Source: Cyanophora paradoxa CCMP329
Taxonomy: Eukaryota; Plantae; Glaucophyta
Length of the DNA stretch: 64,000 bases
Assembly (NCBI GenBank): GCA_004431415.1
Contig: QPMI01000685.1
Coordinates: 17,935-81,934, forward strand
Reading direction: 5' to 3'
Below, piece after piece: positions 47,901 through 57,953 of the stretch (the stretch's first letter is position 1; each line of letters starts with the position of its first letter). The notes below the pieces were generated by a model that searched no databases, had not been told where the DNA came from, and saw nothing but the letters and a program-made list of their open reading frames with translations. A program made the position numbers and the translations under genes.

Positions 47901-48571
47901 GGGAGCGCTAGCGGCTAAGGGAGAGGCGATCAATGGGCCGTCTGTGCACGAGCGCCTCACTTCCTCGCACGATCACCTCAACATCTACACGCTTTTTGAT
48001 GTGCGCCCTGTCGCTTGGACCGTCGGACTCGCGTGCACGTGCCCAATATTAATCATGATCGCTTATCTGGGCGCGCAGGAAAAGGACAAGCGACAGAACC
48101 CGACGGAGTCTGAGGCCGAGCGGAGGATCCGCAGGGCAGTGGCGGTCGTGTTCGCACTTTCCCCATCGAGCGCGGCGAGCCTCGAGTGCCGCAAGTGGGT
48201 CGACCTTGCCCGGCGACTGAACAAGCCCATCTTCGTCGCCGAGTACGAGCAGGTGCGAACTCCCCCGAGTCCATTATTATTGCAATTGTAACCATAAGGC
48301 ATTCGTGCTTTCAGCTAGCTATAGTTTGAGCCCCGTGCCACGGTGATGCAACTCGCATTCGATATCGCTCAATGAGTACGTCGCGCAGGTCTCGCTCGAG
48401 TGGATGGACCCGACGCTGGCGCTGGCGCTTAAGGGACGCCCTCAGTACGGGTTCAAGGCGCAGGACGCGCCGCACCACGACGGCCGCCTATACGACCTTG
48501 CCCGACGCCTGCGGGGCCACGGAGTCAGCGAGACCACCGGCACGTTGGAATCAGTCCATGTTAGGCTCTGA
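41962..48571 (+). CDS. Single-pass receptor: signal peptide, ricin-B-like lectin repeats, Pro/Thr/Ser stalk, REJ module, GAIN/GPS, TM, TIR-like domain
   Basis: Signal peptide LLAAIALCLQLLGLGLPVSA; QxW lectin motifs (PCTPESNQQW, EQLW); ATPSP repeats; REJ PPTPGTCTVAPPEGIALQDTFTVTCSSW..PLNY..LPVG; GPS GRCTHLTT|F; TM IIFPIVLGVGAIVLVVGSIVLL; TIR-like IRRAVAVVFALSPSSAASLECRKWVDLARRLNKPIFVAEY. Confidence 0.8.
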
Positions 48572-48740
48572 TTCCGCTCGAGCTCACGTGTGCCTGCCGG
48601 CCCACGCGTATACGTACGGCCATTAAAAATAGCCCATGAAGCGCGTTCAAAAGCGGTTACAGTATATATATACGTGCACGTGCACGTGCACGTGCGCGCG
48701 TAGGATAAACCTTGTGTATATATAATTAGTAGGCTCGATC

Positions 48741-50102
48741 CACTGGGAGCCAGAAATTAAGTTTACCATATGGTAAACTTAGGGGGTGGTAAAGGTGTGC
48801 CGTTTGCGTTACCACACGGTAAAGTCAGGGTGGTAAAGTCAGGGTGGTAAAGTTGGGGTGGTAAAGTTGGGGTGGTAAAGTTGGGGTGGTAAAGTTGGGG
48901 TGGTAAAGTTGGGGTGGTAAAGTCAGGGTGGTAAAGTCAGAGGGGTGAACTCGCAGCGTTACATCCCGGATCCGTGGTCGGAACGTCGACGTCGATTTTG
49001 GAGCTCGAGCTCCTCGGATGAAGAGCTTAGCACCGGTTGCGAAAACTGGCCAGCAGGAAGCGTTGATCGAAAGAGACTATCTAGAGAAGCATTTCGATGG
49101 AGACTGGGCCGCGGACCTGCAGAGCCCGCTGTGAAATCGGTGGTTGGAACGTCGATTCTGGAGATCGAGCTCCTCGTATCATTCACACGCTCAACAATAG
49201 CGCCAGTCTCGAAAATAGGCCTGCAGTTAGCATCGTTCGAAAAGAGCTATCCGCAGCAGCATTTAGATGGAGACTGGGTCGCGGACCTGCAGAGCTAGAG
49301 CTTCGAATTCGAATTCGGAATAGCGAATGCCGAGTCTGGATCCGGAGCACGAGCTCCGAGTTCTCGGGCCTCGGAGGTGCGCATGCATTCACAGCACTGC
49401 GCAGCTTTATATATCTTAAGCCCTCTAGCAAAGCCAAAGTTCACTCCGGTGACTTTGCTCCATGGGGAGAAGCCAGAGAGGGGTACCGGTCTCGTCGCGT
49501 ACAATTGTGCGCAGCTCTTATAGGGTGTCGCCCTGCGGTCGGAGAACTAGCTAGAGCGCGTGATCTAGCTAGCTATAGGCTTTAACACCGCCGGCTACCT
49601 CGGCGGTGCTCGGTCTGAGCGTTCGGTACGCGGCCATCGGTCTTGAGACCACAACTTGGCGCTCGTAGTTCGTTTGTAACGTAGCTGAAATCAATGCTTA
49701 CCGCATTGGAAGCGCCGTGCGCCGCGCCCCAGCCAGCTGTGGCGCAGAATGGTCGGGCCGCTGTAAAGTTGGCCGATGTCGGGCCGCCCAACAACCTATC
49801 CTTATAAGCTGCAATTCGTCTCTAAACGACCTTTTAGACCACTTGAACCAGTTAAGGCAGCCCGCATGCGTCGCTCTCTTGACGAGTTGTCCTCGCCTCC
49901 ACGCTGGACCACCGAAGCAACCGGGCCATCGGCGCTCAACGGATCTCGCGCACTTATGCCTCTCTAACCACATTTAGCACGGCAGCAGTGCTCCCCCGCG
50001 CGGCTTTCCTAGGGGTGGTAAAGAGGGGTGTGGTAAAGTCAGCCCTAAGTGAGTGAAGTTGCAAGTTTACCATGTGGTAAACTTAATTCCTGGCTCCCAG
50101 TG
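48741..50102. mobile_element. Non-autonomous CACTA/EnSpm-type DNA transposon (CACTG termini, 1362 bp)
   Basis: 40-bp TIR CACTGGGAGCCAG(A/G)AATTAAGTTTACCA(T/C)ATGGTAAACTT with 2 mismatches and a 3-bp TSD ATC on both sides. Subterminal GGGTGGTAAAGT repeats; no transposase ORF. Confidence 0.9.
48818..48940 (+). repeat. 14-bp tandem array (GGTAAAGTTGGGGT / GGTAAAGTCAGGGT), about 9 copies
   Basis: Directly visible subterminal array of the CACTA element. Confidence 0.9.
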
Positions 50103-51114
50103 ATCGCGAGGCAGCCTGGCAGAACTGGGGCAGCTTACCATGATCAATTTTAATATTGAGTACGTATACTAAATAGCTAGCTAGTATATATACGTGTAAG
50201 CATGCGTATATACTTATACGCAGGCCCTAGGTGGACGACGCTCAGCTGCAGGCATGCATCTGTGCAGGCCGTTCGTGGCGTCGCGCGCGTTGCTGCAGTA
50301 CTAGTTGCTTCCGGTCGTAGCGATCGATATCCGTCCGTCGGCATGTACTGCAGCTGCAGTACGTATACGTATACGTGTACATGTAAAGCTGGACTTGCAC
50401 TTGTGTGCGCCAACGAAATCAGCGTTCAAGATGGGCAGATGCATTATATTCAATGATTCCCCCACTTTCCGGGATGGTGTTCTCGCAAAAGGTCATGGCG
50501 CCGGGAGGCCCCTAGGGGTCCTCGGGGGCGGCTTTGGACCCGGGAATTATATTCTCGGTCGACGTCGTACTCGTTGACCGCTGATCGCCGGCCCCTGAAA
50601 CGCCGCTTGCGCTGACTGCGACGCCGCGGCCACGGGCCCCCAATTGCAAGGCCCAATTGCAAATCTGCGCGGTACGCCGTGACGTGCATGCACGTGATCG
50701 AGCCCGGCCCCGGCGCCCGGCCGAGCGATCGATATCGATCAATATATCGATCGAGATAGGGAGATTGATTCAAGATTAATTTTCTGGAAGGAGATCAGCT
50801 CGAGAGGAGCTGTAGCTGGATCATCGGATTAGCATAATATGAAGCTGGAGAAGCTGGAGAATTAATTTCGAAGCGGTGGGATCTGTGCGTATACCGGTAC
50901 CCCCCGTCTTCGATCTTCGCTGCATACATCGATATCGCGATCGCTGCATAATTAATTAAGATTGAGGAGATCGCGATCGAAATTAATTAATTTAAGATTG
51001 AGGAGATCGCGATCGAGGAGAAGCTGCGGCTGAATATCGATGAAGCTGGAGAAGTGTCGGGATCTGTACCCCCCGTCTTCGTGCTTCGCCTTCGTCGCTG
51101 CAAAAATCGCCAAA

Positions 51115-51876
51115 ATGCGGCCCGTCGCCTTCGTCTTCGTCCTTCTCGCCTTCGCTGCGCTCGCCGGCGCCGCCCGCGCCGCCGAGCCGGAGGTCGAAGA
51201 CCTCGGCGTCCAGGTCGAGCAAAAGAGCCCCGGTGCGCGCGCGGCGGGGCGATTTTTCCGGGTGCTCGGCGCGCATTAAATTGCGTTTCGCAGGCCGCCG
51301 CCGCTTGAATCTTCTCCGTGCGGATTTTTCGCGCGCGGTTGCAATTGCACATCTCTCCGCATGTTCTCATTTCCGACGTCGACAGCAACGATCAATTGCG
51401 GAGACGTGCGGAACTGCTACGCGTGCACCGAGGCCGCGATCTGCGAGTGGTGCGCAATGCCTGCAGCTGTCTGATTACATCTCAGGAAGCCGCGGCCCCG
51501 AATCCCGCGGAAGCAGCAGCTGATCGAATCCGGTATACTTAGGTGCCCGACAGACAACAACGGCCAGGGCGGATGCCAGAACCGCGCTCGCGGCTGCGGT
51601 GGTGCGGTTTTTGCGCCATAGCCAGACGTCAACTCCGAGCTCGAGATCTAGAGACACAAGGATCAAATTCGAATTGAGTGCACTGATCATGGATGATGCA
51701 GGCAACGGCATCACGGAGGGGCAGAAGTGCCCGCAGTGCGGCTGTGGTGCGAAAACCGGGGCGGGTCTAGCGCTAGCTATAGCCCAGTAGGCCTCGAGAC
51801 AGCGTCCATTGACGCTGATTTCGCGGCTTCTGGGCCGCTAGGGGGCGTAAGCGCCTCCTTCATCGGGCGCTCCTAG
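51115..51876 (+). CDS. Small secreted Cys-rich protein with PSI-like domain
   Basis: Signal peptide MRPVAFVFVLLAFAALAGAARA. Spliced exons give CGDVRNCYACTEAAICEWCPTDNNGQGGCQNRARGCG|GNGITEGQKCPQCGC|GGVSASFIGRS*, a PSI-like C-x5-C-x2-C-x5-C-x-WC pattern. The last exon is uncertain. Confidence 0.72.
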
Positions 51877-52438
51877 ATCTGTCCGACCGCGCGCGGCGAG
51901 CTGGCCGCGCACCTCGGTGAGTGCCGCGGCTTTGAAGCGCTGATTTCGCCCACCCCGCCGCATGCGCAGTGCCTCCGCCCGGTGCCGGTGTCCCGCCGCC
52001 GCCGCCGCCGCCGCCGCCGCCTCGCTTCGCCTGAGCGGCCCGACTTGCTCGACGGTTTTCTGTGGTTCAGTCCTATAGCTAGTCTCACCAGCGTTAACTC
52101 ACTTCGTTGGCCGTCGGACGTCTTAAATGTAAATATTTCACGCACATCGAGATCCGGAGCGCGAGCTCGCTCGGCCGAATGGGCGTTGAAATTAGTGGGA
52201 TGCCTGGCGTGGTGCGGAGGAAGCTTCGGAATGGCGCGACATGCACGCGAATGAACTTGCACGGCGGTGGGCCCGGGGGCGGATGGGGTGGCAGCGCGAA
52301 ATCAAGGGGACTGCGGACCGCCTCTTCATCGATTCGCCCTCGAGCACAATCGAGTCATAGAGCTAGCCTAGCACGGGGGTCGCGAGGGGGACTAGCCTCG
52401 GGGCGAGCTAGGGCTGGGTCGGGGGGGCCAGGGGCCGC

Positions 52439-54502
52439 TCAGTAGGGCTCGCCGGTGACGAGGGGGCGGATGATGCCCATGTTGGGGACCGCCACCGTCC
52501 GGTACGCCTGCTCCAAAAACCCTCAGACGGGAGAAACGCGCGGGGCGGGGGCGGGGCGGGGGCGGGGGCGGGCGAGGGGCGCGCCTTGACGTGGGCGCAG
52601 GCGGCGTCGGGGTCCATCTTGTGCTGCCGCCCCTCGCCCGTGAGCCGGCCGGGGCGAGACGAGGGACGGGGGGCCGGGGGGCGGACCTTCCAGCAGAGGT
52701 AGGCGACGACGACGGCGGGGGCGCGGCCCATCCCCGCCGTGCAGTGCACGTACGCCTGCGCCGCGGGCGGGGCGCGTGAGGCGGCGGCGGGCGGCGGGCG
52801 ACGGGCCGCGGGGAGCTGCGGCGGGGGCGGGGGCGGGGGCGGCACCTTGTGGCCCTGGGCGAGGAGCGTGTCCCACTCCTTCACGGCCCCCTTCAGGCGC
52901 CGCCGCAGGTCCTCCGGGTTGAAGTCGCTGCCCCGAAAATGTAAGGCGGGGGGAGGGGGGGTGGGAGGGGTACGGGGCGGCGCACTAGATGGGGTAGTGG
53001 ACGAGCTTGATGCCGATCCTGCGGTAGTGCTCCTGCGGGGCGCGTGAGGGGGGCGGGAGCGGGCGGGGCCAAGGGGGCGGGGGCGGCGCGCCTGGAGTTC
53101 GGGCCAGGGGATCTGGCGCTGATGGATGTCCTCCATGGTCTGCACGTTGAGGACGGCCGTCACCCCCGCCTCCTTCATCGCATCCAGGTCCTCCTTCCTC
53201 TGCCCGCCCCGCCCCTCAGCGGCACGCGGCGCCGGGGCCGGGGCGGGGCGTGGCGGGGCGGGGAGGACCTGCGGGTAGGGCCCGATGAACATGTTGTCCG
53301 GGACGTAGTCGAACTTCATCCCTGCGCGGGCGCGCTCAGAGGCGGGGGGAGAGGGCGCGCGGCGGGCTCGCACCGGCGACGAAGTTGACGTCGTGGGTGT
53401 CGTAGACGCCGTTGACCATCTGCGCCTCCACCAGGTTCGTCCGCTGCCGCCCGGGGATCAGCCGAGGGCGCGCGGGGCGCCGGGTCCAGGCGGGGCGGGC
53501 GTACCCGGTTCGGCTCGCGCTCCCACATCTCCGCCTTCTTCGTCCGCTCGTTCAGGATCGAGTACCTGGGCGCGCCTCCGTCTGAGGCGGGGGCACGGGA
53601 AGCGGGGGCGTGGGCGAGGGGGCACCGGTACTGGATGTCGCCGTACTTGCCGCGGGGCACGAGGAGCTCGAGCTCCCAGTTGCGCTCGCGCGCCCCCGTG
53701 CGCAGCGTCCGCGGCGGGCCCAGGCTCAGCCCCGCCGTCCCCTTCGTCCACCTGCCCCGGGGTGAGCGGGGGCGAGCGGAGGGCGGGGCGGGCAGGGGGT
53801 GCAGCGCGCCGCCCGATCTCGTCCATGTCGCCGGTGACGCAGACGCGCTGGCCGTCGGGGACGACGTAGTAGATGGAGAAGCGGACGCGCAGGTGGTCGA
53901 ACGCGTCCGTCACCTCCACCCGCTCCCCGCCCTCCGTCGCCGCGAAGTCAACCTGCGCGCGCCCCGCCGCCCTCGGCCCCGGCGCGCAGGCGGCGGAGCA
54001 GGAAGCGCGGGGCGGCGCACGATGCGGTTCGGGCCGGCCTCCCAGCGCGGCGGCTGCCTCCCGTGGAGGGCGACGTACTGCAAGGGGCGCCGCGGTCGGC
54101 GGGGGCGGGGCGGGGAGGGCGGGTGGGTACGGGCGGCAGGCACCTTGTACTCGAAGGGGGGCACGCTGGGCGGGAGGCGCAGCTCGGCCGTCCAGACGTG
54201 GTCCTTGCCCCACTTCATTTTCTGCGCCCCCGAGGGTCACTTGGGCGGGTCCTGGGGCGACGGCTGCGGCGGGGCCACGGCGTACGAAAGCGCGGGAGAG
54301 CTCCCAGCCCCCGAACTCCGGGAGCGACCCGCAGATCACGAGAAAATCACCAGGATACGTCACATACTTGATGGAGAAGTGCACGGTCCTGTAGCCTGCG
54401 GGGCGGGCGTCAGCGGCGGCGCGGGCGGCGTGAGGGGTGCGGTGGCGCGCCATCCTGCCCGTGCGTGCCGTTGGACACGCCGTTATGGCCCGGGTGCGCC
54501 AT
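52439..54502 (-). CDS. Laforin-like glucan phosphatase (CBM20-CBM20-dual-specificity phosphatase)
   Basis: CBM20 motifs (ICGSLPEFGGWE..WTAEL..FEYKYV..WEAGPNR; VTGDMDEIGRW..WEREPNR) and a DSP domain with GVTAVLNVQT, YPI.DF and YVHCTAGMGRAP. No transit peptide. Confidence 0.9.
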
Positions 54503-54538
54503 CGCGGGCTGATCGCTGGCGCGGGGCCGGCCGGGGGC

Positions 54539-55128
54539 TTAGCTGGAGGCCTCCGGGCCCTTGAAGACGTAGTTGAACTCGCCGCTGCGCCGCGCGTCAG
54601 ACGGGGATGCCGGGATCGGCCGTGTGCTGCCCGCACCTGTCGAGGAGCTCCTGGATCTCGTCCGCGCCCTGCGGGGATGGTCGGACGGGAGAGGGAGGGG
54701 CGCCCGCGTACAGCAGCGAGGGCCCTCGATGCGCACGCCGATGTATCTGCCGTTAACGAAGACTTGAGGGAGGTCGCTCTTGCCTGCGCAGCGTGGACGT
54801 TTGGCGGGCGCGATTGTGCGGTCGGGACCCGAAAGGTCGGCTGAAGAAAGGAGCGTACCGCTCAGTCTGATCATATCCGCGCGGCGCGCGGGCTCGTATG
54901 ACAGGTTGACTTCCTCGTGCTCAACCTTGCACATAAGCAGCGTGTCCTTGACCTTCCTGCAGTCCGCCCGAACCTGCTCCGACGGTTACGCGGCGATCGG
55001 AAGCACGCGAGATGCTCCCCGCCACGGCCCTCCCCGCAACAGTCGAGGTTCGACCCAGGGGGCGTGACGGCGCGTCAACACACCTTGGCAGTCGAGGCTT
55101 CGCTGACCAGGTAGAGGACCACGGACAT
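54539..55128 (-). CDS. Glutaredoxin-like (GRX-like/SH3BGR-related) small protein lacking CxxC
   Basis: Spliced MSVVLYLVSEASTAK|VRADCRKVKDTLLMCKVEHEEVNLSYEPARRADMIRLS|GKSDLPQVFVNGRYIG|GADEIQELLDS|GEFNYVFKGPEASS*, containing the Grx motif PQVFVNGRYIGG. Confidence 0.85.
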
Positions 55129-55758
55129 GAATAGCGGGCCGATCGCCGGCCGTATCGAGCTGCCTGCTGACTGGGTACGCGGACAGACCTTCGCGCATCG
55201 TACCCCACCCATGCAGCTGACATCGATGATCGATGCTACCGATATGAGGCCAACGTTAACATCATGGCATCGTCCCGGCCGCCGTGCCGCCGCGGCCGGG
55301 CCGCGCCGCAGGGCGCGCTGCGCGGCCTGCGCACCCGGGAAGCCTCGCAAAATTAAAGTGCGCGCGGCCCGCGCGCGCGCGCGCACGTGCACCCCGGATC
55401 CCGGAAGCGCTATATATAGCTATCATATCGATATCGATATCGCTATATCGGTGCGACGTACGTATACGTAGCGGCTGGACGTTAGCTGCTGCTGCTGGGT
55501 GCAGCTGCTGGCTGCTGGCTGGACGTTAAATGCATGTACATACGTATTTAACGTACACGGAACTCAGTGATCATACTATCATATCAACGCCGGGGGAGTC
55601 GGGGGGCTGGGGTCGGGGCGTCGGAGAGCGGGGGGTCGGGCCGGGGGGCCGGGGTCGAGGGACGGCGCCGAGCTGGTCTCAAATCTATCTCTCATGCGCG
55701 GGGCAAGGCTTCTCATGCACGGGGCAAGGAAATGAGAGGAGTGGAGACCGTTAAACGC

Positions 55759-57822
55759 TTAGTGCCGAGGGGAGAACGCAGCGTCCTGCGCGCGCCGGGT
55801 CAGAGATGGAGAGCGCGACGGCGAGGGAATCGACGCTCGAACCGCGAGCGGGGCGGCGCCGTCGACGTCCAGGAAGAGCAGATGGGCGAAGTCGGGCACC
55901 CCCTGCTCGCGGGGGGCGCGGTCAGTGGCGGCGCGGGGCGGCGCGGGGCGCCAGGAAGCGGGCCACGGGCGCACGAGGTCGAAGGGGAGGCCCGAGGTCG
56001 GGGACGCGGGCGCGCCCAAGTCTTCGAGGGAGAGGACGGGGGCGGTCTGTGGGCTGTCATTGCTCGGCGGGGCCCCTGCGGACGAGGCGACGCGCTTCAG
56101 GGTTCAGGGTTCAGAGTTCGCGGGGGTGCGTACCCCCGAAGACGATCACGGCGCCGGCCCGAGTGCCGCGGTCGCCGTCGCCAGCACCGACGGAGGGGAG
56201 CGCCGAGGCGGAGGAGGCCGAGACGCGGGGCGGGACGTCGGTCTCGGCCCCCTCGGGGTCGTCGGAGGCGGGGAGGAGGGCGGATGAAGCCGCCAGCGCG
56301 GCCGCCACGGCGGACAGGGTCGGCGGGACGCCGTGGTCGAGGAGCTCGAGCCCCGTCGCGTTCTGAGCGGCCGGTCAGCACCGAGCCGCCCCGCCGCGCA
56401 TCGCCGGGGCGCGCACCGGGCGCTCCGGGCCGCGCCCAGCTGGGTTCACGTCGCGCCGGCTAGCGTCGATGGCCGCGCGATACTGCATCTCCTCCTGCTC
56501 CGGGCTGAGCGGCGCGCCCTTCACGAAGGTCGAAGCCTGCCGCCGCGGGCCGACAAGCGTGAGCGGGGCGGAGCGGATCTCAGGCGGGGCGGCGCACGTT
56601 GGCCTGGTGGATCGGCGGCCGCTGCTCAGCGTCGCCTGGCGGGCCAGCAATCAGTCGCGGCTACGGATGACTCGCGGCTACGGATGACGAGAACGCGGCG
56701 ATAGCGCACCGTGGGTCACTGCGGTGAAGGCGCTGGGTCGGGGGTGCTTGAAGGGACGCTCGCTGCGTGCATCAAGCTCTCAGGACTGCGGAAAGATGGG
56801 GGGAGGGAAGCTCGAGGGCGGACCTGTCCGGCGCGCCCTCGCCGGCATCCTCGGGCTCGGACTCGTCGTAGGCGCGCTTGCTCTCCGCGGCCTTGTCGCG
56901 GAAGTACTGGATGCGCGCCAAGTACTGCGCGCGGCGGCAACCGGTTTCCTCGCAAAGCTTGCGCTTCGCCTGCTGTGACTTGTCCTCCCAGTAGACTCCG
57001 AAGGGGAAGACAGCCAAGGCCTCCGTGTCGGAGCCGTCATCGCCGCTCTGGACGATGCAAGCGACGTAGTCGCCGATGTTGAGCGGCTTGCCGAGCTCGA
57101 GCGCCAGGACGAGCGACCCGCCGGGGATCTCCTTGTAGAAGACGAAGGACTTGTTCTCCGGGTTGAAGAGATCGTCGTTGCGCTGAAGGTTGCGCGGCGA
57201 CAAGGCAAGCACTTCGAAGGAGAAGCACTTCCTGTTGGTATCGAGCACGAAGGCTACGAGATTCTTCTTGTCGCCCGTGCAGGTCTCCAACTGCACCAGC
57301 AGGCTGCGCTTGCCGCTGGTTTCAGGTCCGGGAACGTCGTGGTTGACCCAGCTCCTCTCGAAGGACTTCATGCGCGCGGCGACCAGTCCACAGACTGGAG
57401 ATTGCGTTGACTCCTTCACAAACTCGAAATACCCAACCTGCACTCCGGTCACTTACTGCTACGCCGAAGTACTGCGCGGGGATCACTTACAGTGCCGAAC
57501 GCCACCTTGCTGCGGAGGTACTCGTCGAATGCACGGCCGGCGAAGTCCGTCATCGCCTTCTTGCGCTTCATGGTTTTCTGAGCGCGAAACAGACCTTCAG
57601 AATGCGGCGCGAGGGCAAGATCAGCGATCAAGATCAGGTCAGACGAACCGCGTCAGCCAGGCACTTCCCAAGAAACTGCTCGGCATCGTCGGGCGGGAGC
57701 GCCTGCGCATTCTTGCCCGCGTTACGAGCGCATGACGGGGGCGCGGGGCGGGGAGCAGTTACGTTAAGAGCCGCGACGAGCTCGACGAGCATCGGCTGCT
57801 GCTGCTGCTGCTGCTGTTGCAT
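55759..57822 (-). CDS. Hypothetical protein: poly-Q N-terminus, globular central domain, UIM-like motif
   Basis: MQQQQQQQQPMLVELV.., a long coding-biased exon at ~56830-57450, and EQEEMQYRAAIDASRRD (UIM-like). Exon linkage is inferred. Confidence 0.55.
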
Positions 57823-57953
57823 TCAAGGAGAATGCCCCGTCCCGTCTGGACTCTGCTGCTGGTCTCGTCTGAACTCTGGATCACCGGTACCAGTTTTTCG
57901 ACGTCGAACGACCTTCGCGTTGCGAACTGGCCTTCGCGCATCGTACCCCACCC

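Noticed and set aside
8355-48571. Plant-like TIR to EDS1 (lipase-like) immune pairing between the lipase gene and the TIR receptor
   Set aside because: The genes are 30 kb apart with unrelated housekeeping genes between them. No EP domain was recognised, and the TIR lacks the canonical catalytic Glu.
48818-48940. G-rich tandem array as telomere or CRISPR
   Set aside because: There are no unique spacers, and the array lies inside TIRs with a TSD, so it is a transposon subterminal repeat.
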